From positions 4,367 to 68,366 of the forward strand of contig CAZLVP010000011.1 in the NCBI GenBank assembly GCA_964563055.1: a stretch of 64,000 nucleotides of DNA, written 5' to 3'. Below are positions 34,364-43,718 of the stretch, in pieces. The notes below the pieces were generated by a model that saw nothing but the letters and a program-made list of their open reading frames with translations, did no database searches and had not been told where the DNA came from. The stretch's first letter is position 1. Every line of letters starts with the position of its first letter. The translations under genes and the position numbers were made by a program. This DNA is from an uncultured Thermoplasmatales archaeon. Lineage in GTDB: Archaea; Thermoplasmatota; Penumbrarchaeia; Penumbrarchaeales; Penumbrarchaeaceae.

Positions 34364-36044
34364 AAAAATTTAAATGGACCTGGGAGAGTGCTATCAATAT
34401 CAAAGCGAACGCGACGATCCAAACGACACTGAGCCACAGGGCGGTTCGATTGCATCTGTTCTTCCCCTCCGTCCTCATCGCGCTCCTCGCCAGGAAGAAG
34501 GACAGGAACGACAGTGGGACGAAGAGGATCCCGCCCAATGAGAGATATAACGACAACTTCGAATCCTCCTTTCTCCCATGGTCAATATCATCCGAACCCC
34601 GGATGTCTATCCACTGAGGGTCCTTGAGATACCCCTTGATGTCCAGCCTCGCGACCGACCACCAGGGTTTCCTCTTCGCCACATCGGCCCTCCGGTCTGA
34701 AAAAATTCCCTCGGTCAGCTTCGCCATGCACCATTCCAATCCCCCCGTAAAGCCGATCCTCTCCCACGCTCTGAGCACGACCTCCCAGAGGAGCACGGTC
34801 ATAGGGATAAGGGCGATCGCAAGGAGCGGCGATACCTTGGAAGGATAGGGGTAGGCATCTCCGATACCGGGGATCGCAGTGATCAAGAGCCTCGGGATGA
34901 AGTCTATTGTTTGGAAAGCATAAACGCTGAAAGCGACGAAACCGTATCGTCTTATCCATAATGTCCCCCTTCCAACGCTCTCTCCGATCCCTCGGTACTC
35001 GACCAATCTGATGATCAGGACCGTTACGAAGACCTCGAAGCCTGCTATGAGCAGGAACCACCACAACCAAAGGTTCGGGTACAATCCCGGCAGCTCATAG
35101 GTCCGGTCCAACAGTAATGAATAGGATTCCGCACCCGATAAGAGGACGAGCGCGGTTCCGACCAATCCTATCATGGCTGAACCGATCCCAATCGCCATCA
35201 TAGTCCTGGGCTTTCGGAACGATCCCTCACCCTTGCACATGCATATCCCGATGATGCAACCGATGAAGGAAATCGAAATGAAAGGGAACAGAGGCTCAGG
35301 GGCGCCGCCTAAGAACATCAATAGAACCCGATAGAGCAGATCGGGGAACGACGATTCGCCGATTATCGGATATTGCACTGGTATGTCCCTCCCGAGCAGG
35401 GAGGACGCTCTCATGGCGAAAGGATAACCGCCGTATGAAGACCGCGCAAGCTCCCATGCGGGGACCGTGAGTACGATGGACAATAACGCCAGTAGCGCAA
35501 GGATGGTGATGTTCCGTCTTGTCCTTTTCACACCCCCGTTCATGGACAAGAGGCCCATTACGACGCCCGTGACCATCATGCATGCGGCGATGGTGTGGAT
35601 CGTCTCCATATGGAAATTACGCCACAACATCATATCCCATCTGTCGGAATTCCCCAGGGCGACCTCGCCTAGGTATCCGTGATAGCCGATCGTCGACTCC
35701 ACCATCATAGCGAAGACCAATAATAGGAATCCCCCGAAAACCTGGAACATCACGATCCTCCCTGGCGACCTTCCCTTCTCGAGGTTCCTTTGTATCGATA
35801 TCATATTCACGATGGAGGATACTAGAAGGAACAGGCCTGCCCATGCCCCGAAGAAAACCATGGTCCCGAAGAAGACGAGTGCAAGTCCGGAGATGCGAAG
35901 GTCACCGCTGCCTTCGACCCAACTACGATCGTACCATCTCATTGGGACATGCATTATTATCATGAGCAGTATCAACAGCCCACGCAGAAGATCGAGGCTC
36001 GCGAACCTTCTCATCGTTATACATCCGATCCAGACGTTCAACAC
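34362..36044 (-). CDS. Polytopic membrane protein with an N-terminal DUF1624 (HGSNAT-like acyltransferase) domain
   Basis: RRFASLDLLRGLLILLMIIMH is the typical DUF1624 opening motif. More than 10 hydrophobic segments. ATG 36014 is a possible start. Confidence 0.55.
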   Translation of the reverse strand: MLNVWIGCITMRRFASLDLLRGLLILLMIIMHVPMRWYDRSWVEGSGDLRISGLALVFFGTMVFFGAWAGLFLLVSSIVNMISIQRNLEKGRSPGRIVMFQVFGGFLLLVFAMMVESTIGYHGYLGEVALGNSDRWDMMLWRNFHMETIHTIAACMMVTGVVMGLLSMNGGVKRTRRNITILALLALLSIVLTVPAWELARSSYGGYPFAMRASSLLGRDIPVQYPIIGESSFPDLLYRVLLMFLGGAPEPLFPFISISFIGCIIGICMCKGEGSFRKPRTMMAIGIGSAMIGLVGTALVLLSGAESYSLLLDRTYELPGLYPNLWLWWFLLIAGFEVFVTVLIIRLVEYRGIGESVGRGTLWIRRYGFVAFSVYAFQTIDFIPRLLITAIPGIGDAYPYPSKVSPLLAIALIPMTVLLWEVVLRAWERIGFTGGLEWCMAKLTEGIFSDRRADVAKRKPWWSVARLDIKGYLKDPQWIDIRGSDDIDHGRKEDSKLSLYLSLGGILFVPLSFLSFFLARSAMRTEGKNRCNRTALWLSVVWIVAFALILIALSQVHLNF

Positions 36045-36454
36045 AATTCAACGGATCGATATCACTTTCATCATCCATCCTTGGAACTTAGGAGCGGCCC
36101 AAATGGTATAAAAACTTTACCAAATGGATTTTCAGTCTACTTAGGGACGGATTATGACCCCGCTTGACCACCCCTCCAGGATATGCTTTTATTCTGCTGA
36201 CCCTTTCTATTACCATTGGATCCAGATCGATTTTTTAACTATGAACCGGTTAGAAAATATCCATTACAATCCGAATCGTTTATAGACCAGGAAAAGTCAT
36301 CCCAGAACAGGTTATATATCCATTCCATTACTCTTGTTACAAGACCGACCGGGGTTCCAGAACGGTGGTCCCGATAGAGGTGTTCCATCTCCGGGCCTTT
36401 TGTTCTCTGGGCGGGAACGGGTCCGGAAAACCTTCTCAGCGATTCTTAATGCCG

Positions 36455-39400
36455 TCACTCCTCGTCCCATTCTGCATAGCCGTTCTCTTCCACAGCTCCC
36501 TTCTTCCTTGACCTGGCCAAGAAGAAGATTGCGAGAAGCACCAGGATAAGTAGCAGAATGCCGGCTGCAATGTAGATTAGCATGGATGGGTCTATCAATG
36601 GTTCCTTTTCATCAACGATGACCTCGAAGCTCTCGGTGTCCTTGTTCCCCTCAGGGTCCGTGACGGTGAGCTCGACCTTGTAGGTCCCCTTCTGTTCCGG
36701 CATGAAACCGGTCTTGACCCCGTAGAGGACGAAGGTCGTTCCGTCGGGGGCGGTCACCTTCCAGGTGTAGTTCAAGTTATCGGATGTATCGGTCGTCTTG
36801 GAAGCATCAAGGACAACCTTCTTACCGACCTCTGTCTTTTCCGGGATTTCCCTGACCTCCACCACCGGTGCTTTATCGTCCACTACTATCGTTGACACAG
36901 TATCTATAGCTGTATTTCCAGAAAGGTCTTTTACAGTTATCTCGAAATGGAGCTCCATAGGGACCGTGGTCAAGAAGGTATAGGAGACCTTATCGTCACT
37001 TCGAACTAGGGGATAGGTCCCTAATAGCACCTGTTCGGAAACAACGGTCATTACGATGGTATCTATCGCAACGTTATCACTTACTGTGGCCTCTATAGGT
37101 ATCTCGACATCGAGACCGTACTGTGTGAGCAATTTAACTGCCTGAACGAGCGGTACATCATCATCATAGACATCAATTGATAATGTGATGTTGGTCCACA
37201 TGACCCCATCATGGACGGAGAGCTGGACATGGCCTGTCCCGATGGTATCGGATGCGGCTTCGACCTCGGCACTGAAGCTCCCGTTGGGAAGCGTGCCTGA
37301 GCTCTCAACGATCAAAGGTCCGTCAATTACGGTGACGTTCATGCCTTTGATACCTATATTGTCCGAACCTGCGAAGAGGACCGTCCCCACCGACCCCGTC
37401 CCTAGGTTATTCGTAATGCATAGGACCGTTAATATTGGAGCATCATCATCGATCAGTTGGCCACTGAGCCAATCTGATATCTCCTGGTTCCCGCTGGTAT
37501 CGTTGCATACTGTTCTGAACCGGATTGTGCCTGTCCTGTTGGATGGCATGGTCAATACACATGACCAGGATTCATTTTGTGGAGGAATGGTTATCCAATC
37601 AAGCCCAAGTTCAAACTTTTCCATAGAAAAGACCTCATGCGTGATATTGCCTGGAAACAGGACCTGCAGTTCTACAGAATGGACTTTGATATTATCTGTT
37701 GGGTAACAACGCATTATCGTTTCCTCTCCGGTCGTATATGGTCCGGGACCATCTGAGTATAGTTTTAAAATCGCAGAAGGACGGATCGTATCTATTACCA
37801 TAAGAGAGAACGTTCCTGAAGTGTTTTCATTGCCTGAGGAATCGGTCATTTTAAAGCTGTAGGTCAGCTCACCGATCCTTTCTATCGGAACGGTCCATAT
37901 AGCTCCGTATTTGAATTCCATATTCCCAGTCATGCTCTGGAAAGAAAGGTCAAGAGCTAGCTCATAATCTACCATATCCCCCGTTATGGTAACCGATGAG
38001 ATGTTGATGTTCTCTTGAACAATGCAGACGAACTCGAAGGGTTCCCCAGTGCTCGCATCCTTTGAGCTTTGGTCTTCAATGAACCCCGGTCTGTCATTGT
38101 CCAGTAAGGGAACGGACCTTTGCTCTGTCTTGAAATGATTTGCTGCATCATCTGCCAGGTCGAAAATATATGAGATGTTGCCAACTGCCGTGACCGGGAT
38201 ATTCACGACGCTGTACCAGCGTCCCTTCATCGGGTCATAGGACGCTATTTTGACATCCCGATCGGAACCACCGATGCGGGTCTCTATGCTTACTTTGCCC
38301 ACACCAATATTATCACCGGCCCTCAATGAGATATTGAACGCTTCACCTGTCGTTGCTAGAAGGTCCGATGTGTCCATTATCATGTAGGGAAGGTCATCGT
38401 CCAGGATATCGATCCAGGTATCCGATGTTACCATCACGTTCCCGGATGTGTCCCTCGCAAAGATGCGATAGGTGATGTTCGTATCCACCGCAGGTCCTAT
38501 GGTCACCATTCTGGTGTAGTTGCCGTCAGAACCCTTCTGCATGGACTGGTTCACACCGGTCTGGCCCCCTATCGAATAGACCAATCTCACATCAAGGATG
38601 GCGATATTGTCCATCACACTGACATTCACGATGAAAGGGTCACCAGTGGTGGGTGGGAGTACGGTATTGTCCCCGATGAACTTTGGGGCATCATCGTCAA
38701 TGATCGTTCTGTACCTAACTATGGTCGAGTTGAGGTTGTTAGAGGTGTCGTTGTAGAAGAACTGGTAGCTAATACTTCCTATGGAATCCGATGGCAATAC
38801 TATCAATGTCGAGCGGATATCTCCAGGGCCGCACAAGGATATGTTTTGCGGGGGACCTCCCGCTATACTGTAGTTCACATTAGCCATCCCCACACCGACA
38901 TTGTCGAACAGATGGGCCTCGAACCTGAAGCTGTCCCCGGTCGTTGCGGTCAAAGTGGAATTGTCCAATATGAGCCTAGGTAGGTCATTGTCCGTTATCG
39001 CAAATTGATACCAGACAGAATGGTTCCAGTTGCCCTTGACATCCCTAGCCCCGACCTTGAACCAGAACCTGGTGGTCCTATCTGTCGGATGGTTGTTGAT
39101 GAAAGAGTAATTGTTAGGTCCGGATTTGTACATAGAGCTGTTAATGGTCTTGGTCGGTTGTGTGTCCGACCAGTTATAGTTGATGACGGCTGAAGAGACC
39201 TCTACATTATCGGTTATCAAAGCATTTATCTTAAAATCGTCACCTGTGGTCTTGGCCCCTAGTTGATCTACCGAAACTATCCGTGGCCTCTCGATATCGG
39301 ACCCTACCAGGACGGTCTTTAAGAGCGGTTTGAAGTTCCTTGCTGTCACCGTTAGGTTCATCCTCAGGGTTATCTGGGGCAACGTGATGGAGCATTTTCC

Positions 39401-41479
39401 ATCAGAGCCTGTGGTCCCGGTACCGTAGAACTCGGTCAGGTTCATCAGGCACACCTTTGCCCCGTTCACCGGGCTACCTGAACCATCGGTCACCGTGAAT
39501 GTATAGCTTCCAGGTGATGGGACTGGATCGCTGTGGGAAATGGAGAGCGTTCCGGGCCTCTTGGTCCAGATAGGGATCTCTGGGTCCCCCATCAGGTTGT
39601 ACTGGAGCAGGTTCTTCCATGAGTAGCGGTCATGGGCGGTCTTGTCCTGGATGTAATCGTACTTGGATAAGGCCAGGGCCTTGCCCGGTTGGTAGTTGCC
39701 GGCAAAGAACTGCTGCCAGAACCTGTAATCATGCCCCTGGTTGTAGTAACCACCGTCCGAGCCCTTTGCCCATGGTTTTGAGTACCAGCTTACCCTGGCG
39801 GACCCGACGGCGCCGATCCCCACATCGAGGAGGATGTCCTCTGTTAGGCAGGTGGTCCTGTCGAACTCGCCGTTGTTGCAGGCATCGTTGTAGAAAAGTG
39901 GTTTCTTCCCACCGTTCGTCTGGGAAGCAGAGGTCGTATAATATGCCGTATCGGAGGTCTCTCCGGAATCGCATATCTTGTTACCATTCGTGTCACCGTT
40001 CCAAACCCTCCTGTAGATCCCAGTACTTGAACCATGACCTGCCATGTTCACCATGAAAGCGCCTGGATCTATGGCGCTCACCATATTGGAGTTGGTCAGA
40101 GATGCATTGCAGCTGAACTGGGATGGCCAGATGCCAGCCTTCTCGTAAAGGGTGTAAGGGTTGTAGCTCGTGATCGAGAGGAAATCCGACCTTATGGCCT
40201 CCTTGAGGGTCGCTTCGTCCGTTGTATCGTTCGATGTGCTCGATTCCTTGTAGTTGGAATAGGCCCCCGCTAGGACCGCTCTGTTGTACCAGCTGCCTGA
40301 GGGCGGGTTCTTCTCATAGTTCAAGATATTGTTCACCAGGGTCTGCATGTTGTTGGTGGTCGAAACAGATAATCTCCCGACCCAGACCTCGGCGTTCAGA
40401 TCTATGCCGTCCACGGAGTACTCACCGTAGTTACCGTCATCGTCCCCATCCCAGTCATAGGGATTGTGGCCTGACCCGGCAATATCACCGTAATAGGAAT
40501 CGGCCGGGACCGTGTTCCCATCGCTACCACTATCATCGTATCCGTCAGGTATGTATGCCATCCTGCTTGGCACGACGCTATGGTCACCACCTATGACGAC
40601 CCATTTGAGGTTCTCGTTCGTGTAGAAGGCCTTGATGCAGTTCCTGATCTTTTCCTGAGCGTCGGATCCGGTGTAGACGGACGATATCCATCCTGTCTCC
40701 ACTATGCGTGTAGGGACCCCTCTCATGGTCTTCCATTCTGCAAGTGGCCTCAATGTCGAATTGTAGGTGGATGTCGTTATTATAAGGCACTCTGTGGGGG
40801 GGAACCTGTTCGTGTAGGATGGTTGAGCGGTCGGGGTGGGAGATGTGTCCATTGACTGGGATGACCAGATGGGGCCTACAACCTCTTCTTCCGTTCCGAT
40901 CTCGGTCGGAGATGGGAGGTCCTCAGGTACATTTGTTTCGGGAACCACATCGCTGGAACCGGTCGCAACCAGTGCCTTGATGGTCGTTGGCCATGTCAAT
41001 ACCTTCCCCTCGGTCCTGAACGGTGAGATGCGCAGGACCCAGAACCTCATATTCCCCTTTTCAAGGATACCAAGGTCCCTGATGGTCATCTGTTCCTCAT
41101 CATCTCCGGTCTTAAAGGAAGGGGCACTGATATCATTGAACGGTTCGGGTACATCTACCACTTCGTTATCAAGGACCCATCTTTCAACACCTAATGGTAT
41201 CGTATCCAGAATGACAGGGTCCTCACCTTCTCCCAAAGGCAGGAAATAGCTCCTTTCCGGTAGCATCGGCTTTCCGACCAAGGATGATGTCCCCCAACCA
41301 TCTATCATTATGATGGACCCAGAACTACCATCCTCCATCGTTGGGTAAGGGACATCCCAGACAAGAACGGTCAGACCCGCCCCTGGCATGTTGTCAGTAT
41401 CGCTAGCAAGGTCATGGCCCTCTGCTGGAAAGGCGGCCACTACGAACAATACTATGAACAAGGCATTGAAAATCTTCAT
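36455..41479 (-). CDS. Giant surface-anchored peptidase C25 (gingipain-like cysteine peptidase) with many Ig-like repeats, a PKD domain and a C-terminal TM anchor
   Basis: Signal peptide MKIFNALFIVLFVVAAFPAEG. Catalytic contexts MAGHGSSTG (His) and LFYNDACNNGEFD (Cys) parallel gingipain TGHGSET / FDVACVNGDF. At least 8 ~100-aa repeats carry D-N-(I/V)-x-(I/V/L) cores (TDNVEV, FDNVGVG, MDNIAIL, GDNIGVG, SDNIGIK, TDNIKVH, SDNVAID). PKD-like LDASKTTDTSDNLNYTWKV...TVTDPEGN. TM LIYIAAGILLLILVLLAIFFL. Confidence 0.8.
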   Translation of the reverse strand: MKIFNALFIVLFVVAAFPAEGHDLASDTDNMPGAGLTVLVWDVPYPTMEDGSSGSIIMIDGWGTSSLVGKPMLPERSYFLPLGEGEDPVILDTIPLGVERWVLDNEVVDVPEPFNDISAPSFKTGDDEEQMTIRDLGILEKGNMRFWVLRISPFRTEGKVLTWPTTIKALVATGSSDVVPETNVPEDLPSPTEIGTEEEVVGPIWSSQSMDTSPTPTAQPSYTNRFPPTECLIITTSTYNSTLRPLAEWKTMRGVPTRIVETGWISSVYTGSDAQEKIRNCIKAFYTNENLKWVVIGGDHSVVPSRMAYIPDGYDDSGSDGNTVPADSYYGDIAGSGHNPYDWDGDDDGNYGEYSVDGIDLNAEVWVGRLSVSTTNNMQTLVNNILNYEKNPPSGSWYNRAVLAGAYSNYKESSTSNDTTDEATLKEAIRSDFLSITSYNPYTLYEKAGIWPSQFSCNASLTNSNMVSAIDPGAFMVNMAGHGSSTGIYRRVWNGDTNGNKICDSGETSDTAYYTTSASQTNGGKKPLFYNDACNNGEFDRTTCLTEDILLDVGIGAVGSARVSWYSKPWAKGSDGGYYNQGHDYRFWQQFFAGNYQPGKALALSKYDYIQDKTAHDRYSWKNLLQYNLMGDPEIPIWTKRPGTLSISHSDPVPSPGSYTFTVTDGSGSPVNGAKVCLMNLTEFYGTGTTGSDGKCSITLPQITLRMNLTVTARNFKPLLKTVLVGSDIERPRIVSVDQLGAKTTGDDFKINALITDNVEVSSAVINYNWSDTQPTKTINSSMYKSGPNNYSFINNHPTDRTTRFWFKVGARDVKGNWNHSVWYQFAITDNDLPRLILDNSTLTATTGDSFRFEAHLFDNVGVGMANVNYSIAGGPPQNISLCGPGDIRSTLIVLPSDSIGSISYQFFYNDTSNNLNSTIVRYRTIIDDDAPKFIGDNTVLPPTTGDPFIVNVSVMDNIAILDVRLVYSIGGQTGVNQSMQKGSDGNYTRMVTIGPAVDTNITYRIFARDTSGNVMVTSDTWIDILDDDLPYMIMDTSDLLATTGEAFNISLRAGDNIGVGKVSIETRIGGSDRDVKIASYDPMKGRWYSVVNIPVTAVGNISYIFDLADDAANHFKTEQRSVPLLDNDRPGFIEDQSSKDASTGEPFEFVCIVQENINISSVTITGDMVDYELALDLSFQSMTGNMEFKYGAIWTVPIERIGELTYSFKMTDSSGNENTSGTFSLMVIDTIRPSAILKLYSDGPGPYTTGEETIMRCYPTDNIKVHSVELQVLFPGNITHEVFSMEKFELGLDWITIPPQNESWSCVLTMPSNRTGTIRFRTVCNDTSGNQEISDWLSGQLIDDDAPILTVLCITNNLGTGSVGTVLFAGSDNIGIKGMNVTVIDGPLIVESSGTLPNGSFSAEVEAASDTIGTGHVQLSVHDGVMWTNITLSIDVYDDDVPLVQAVKLLTQYGLDVEIPIEATVSDNVAIDTIVMTVVSEQVLLGTYPLVRSDDKVSYTFLTTVPMELHFEITVKDLSGNTAIDTVSTIVVDDKAPVVEVREIPEKTEVGKKVVLDASKTTDTSDNLNYTWKVTAPDGTTFVLYGVKTGFMPEQKGTYKVELTVTDPEGNKDTESFEVIVDEKEPLIDPSMLIYIAAGILLLILVLLAIFFLARSRKKGAVEENGYAEWDEE

Positions 41480-41538
41480 ATCGGCCCTCCTGAAAGGTCC
41501 ATGGAAGGTTCAAATCCTCCATTAACAGATAAATAATT

Positions 41539-41550
41539 TACTGCCATACT
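41539..41550 (-). promoter_or_regulatory. AT-rich TATA-like box upstream of the C25 peptidase gene, plus a GGAGGG RBS
   Basis: The minus strand reads TAAATTATTTAT about 60 nt upstream of ATG 41479. CAGGAGGGCCGAT-ATG provides a Shine-Dalgarno-like element. Confidence 0.3.
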
Positions 41551-41585
41551 AGTAAGGATGGGCTAAGAACGGTCCTAAAAGGCTT

Positions 41586-42497
41586 TCATTTTCTAAGGTC
41601 CACGGTCCGTTCATCAGAATACCTCCATAAGAGGACCAGGGTCGCGATAGCGAAGAGGAACAGGACCGATTGGAGTATATCCGTTACCAATAGCATCTGG
41701 CCAACTTCCAAGCCCGAGTAGAACTGCATGACCCCGGATATACCATTGTTCAGCGAATGGAACATAACGGCCAGTGTTAGCCCTATCAAAGTGAAAAGGA
41801 CCTTCCTTATCCATCCGGTCCTCCCCAGGCCAGAAGCGGCAATGCTGCAATAGACCGCATGGACGACCACCCCCAAGATCACCCTCCAGACCACAGCATC
41901 GATGGTGAGGGCCGAGATGTCCCCCGAAGCGATGGAACTGAGACCGGAGAACAGGTAAAGGACAGATTCGGCCACACCGAACGATGCACCCGTGAACAGC
42001 CCTAATACCATCCCGTTCTTGGTGTTCGATAGCGTTCCATAAGGTCGGTCCACCCCTTTCCCCCAGGATAATAGAAGGTACAGACCGACGAACGATAGGG
42101 CCGCTGCAGTGAGCTTCATGGATTCCTCGACTGGACCAGCTATGACCAGATTGATAACGACCACTGCTTTTGTGTCCATGAGCAAGGCCAATGGGGAAAG
42201 GACAAGAACGAAAAAGAGCTCCATCATGATGGAGGTGGTCACGCTGAAGACCATCATCATCAAGAACAGATGAGGTGTAAGGCCAGAACTGATGAGCTTG
42301 ATATCTCGGTCCTTCCCTCGGAGCCCTACGGACCCAAGGAACACGTTCCTGAAGTATCGAGAGGCCCCGAATAGGACCGCAGTATAGAAGAACAACCCTA
42401 AAAATGGGATGGTCAGGCAAGCGACCGCTATCGCAACTGCCACTATGAGCGATTGCATCATTGACCACCTCCGCGGTAGCTCCCCTCTTTGGTCCAT
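41586..42497 (-). CDS. PrsW-family intramembrane protease-like protein
   Basis: Polytopic protein. It carries the PrsW-type motif series EExxK (PVEESMKL), FGVAES, HAVYCSIA and HSLNNG. Confidence 0.6.
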   Translation of the reverse strand: MDQRGELPRRWSMMQSLIVAVAIAVACLTIPFLGLFFYTAVLFGASRYFRNVFLGSVGLRGKDRDIKLISSGLTPHLFLMMMVFSVTTSIMMELFFVLVLSPLALLMDTKAVVVINLVIAGPVEESMKLTAAALSFVGLYLLLSWGKGVDRPYGTLSNTKNGMVLGLFTGASFGVAESVLYLFSGLSSIASGDISALTIDAVVWRVILGVVVHAVYCSIAASGLGRTGWIRKVLFTLIGLTLAVMFHSLNNGISGVMQFYSGLEVGQMLLVTDILQSVLFLFAIATLVLLWRYSDERTVDLRK

Positions 42498-43084
42498 TGG
42501 ATATTGGGAGGATATTGGCCTGTCCTCTGCTCATTAGCTGCCTCCTTGATCTCCTGTCTCTTGATGAAAGCCGCAGAGATAAGGAGGGTCAGGCTTGATA
42601 CCCATAGGAGCGGAACGAAGAGGAAGAAGAAGCATGACAGGAGACAGAATGCCCCTGCTGCAAGTATGTCGGTCCGCTTGATCTCGATGCTCAGGTCCGA
42701 AGCATCCACATCTTTTGTCAATATCCTAATGGTAAGACTGTAACCACCAGTTGGGGTCTGGGGAAGGACCACGGTAAGAGGGGTGGTCCCTTTCTCCTCC
42801 TTCACAAGGGCCCCATCACAATGGACCTCGACCTTGACCCTCACCTCGGAGTGCGATACTGACCGGATGGTGACGACCGGCGGGACGAGCCCTTCGGAGG
42901 ATATATTGAACAAAAGGTCCTCCCCGCTCCTCTCCAGGTCCTTGCCCTGGTGTATGGTGGTTTTGGTCGATGACGCCCCGGTCAGGAGACTGATGGTCGA
43001 AAGGACTAGGAACAGAACAAGGACACCTGTAATGACGACCCCAGCAACCGCCAATCCTTGGCTCCTCATCCTTTGGGTAATCAC
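42458..43084 (-). CDS. Membrane protein: N-terminal TM, ~100-aa extracytoplasmic beta-rich domain, C-terminal TM pair
   Basis: LAVAGVVITGVLVLFLVLSTISLL, then VTIRSVSHSEVRVKVEVHCDG...YSLTIRIL, then AAGAFCLLSCFFFLFVPLLWVSSLTLLISAAF. Overlaps the PrsW-like start by 40 nt. Confidence 0.5.
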   Translation of the reverse strand: MITQRMRSQGLAVAGVVITGVLVLFLVLSTISLLTGASSTKTTIHQGKDLERSGEDLLFNISSEGLVPPVVTIRSVSHSEVRVKVEVHCDGALVKEEKGTTPLTVVLPQTPTGGYSLTIRILTKDVDASDLSIEIKRTDILAAGAFCLLSCFFFLFVPLLWVSSLTLLISAAFIKRQEIKEAANEQRTGQYPPNIQWTKEGSYRGGGQ

Positions 43085-43268
43085 CTGCTGGATTAAAAAC
43101 CATCGCGGTCCGTACGTCAGATGAACTCAATGTTCCATCTCCGCAATAATGGAGAAAATATTAAGTATGGACCTGTTAGATGGACAAATGTCCTATAGGA
43201 CCCTATGTTCCGGTCAGGACCTTTTTAAGACCATCCAAGATGGTCGGACATGCGAACGGAGAAAGAAC

Positions 43269-43607
43269 ATGAACCCTCTGGCCGTGACCAAGCTGTTGAG
43301 CGATGAGTACACGGTCAAGATATTGACAGCGACGTTCAAGGTCCCTAGGACCGCCAATTACCTCTGCATGAAGTTCAATATCCCTATAGCGGCCTGCTAC
43401 AGAAGGATAAACGAACTGGAAGAGCTCGGTCTCATCCAGGTCACCGAGAAGATACTCACCCGGAGGGGGAAGAGGGTCAGCCTATACCAGTCAACTCTCA
43501 GATCGGCCTACCTAACCTTCGAGGGGGGCCGCTTGAAGGCAATGCTGGAGCTATCGGACTGCAGCCGATGTGAGGAAGAAGCGGTCATGGACATGGTCCG
43601 TCCGTAA
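43269..43607 (+). CDS. Winged helix-turn-helix transcriptional regulator (ArsR/TrmB-like)
   Basis: MNPLAVTKLLSDEYTVKILTATFKVPRTANYLCMKFNIPIAACYRRINELEELGLIQV. Start trimmed to ATG 43269. Divergent from the PrsW operon. Confidence 0.6.
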   Translation: MNPLAVTKLLSDEYTVKILTATFKVPRTANYLCMKFNIPIAACYRRINELEELGLIQVTEKILTRRGKRVSLYQSTLRSAYLTFEGGRLKAMLELSDCSRCEEEAVMDMVRP

Positions 43608-43718
43608 CATGGCCCCGACCGGTCCTTCCGAGAGCCGTTCTTTTTGAAAGTATCGCTCACTCCCCGAGTGGGATTAAAATAGAAAGAACCACCTGAAGTT
43701 GACCTCGGAGGCACTGCT

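Noticed and set aside
41517-41527. A GGTTCAAATCC string resembling a tRNA T-arm/T-loop in the C25 / PrsW intergenic region
   Set aside because: The flanking bases do not form a T stem (GAAGG versus CCTCC mismatch). There is no acceptor, D or anticodon arm, and the 5' side would fall inside the C25 coding start. It is not a tRNA.
41614-42534. A 306-aa same-strand alternate-frame ORF overlapping the PrsW-like gene
   Set aside because: Its translation is Arg/Gly/His-rich with no hydrophobic segments. The other frame gives a coherent polytopic protein with PrsW motifs.
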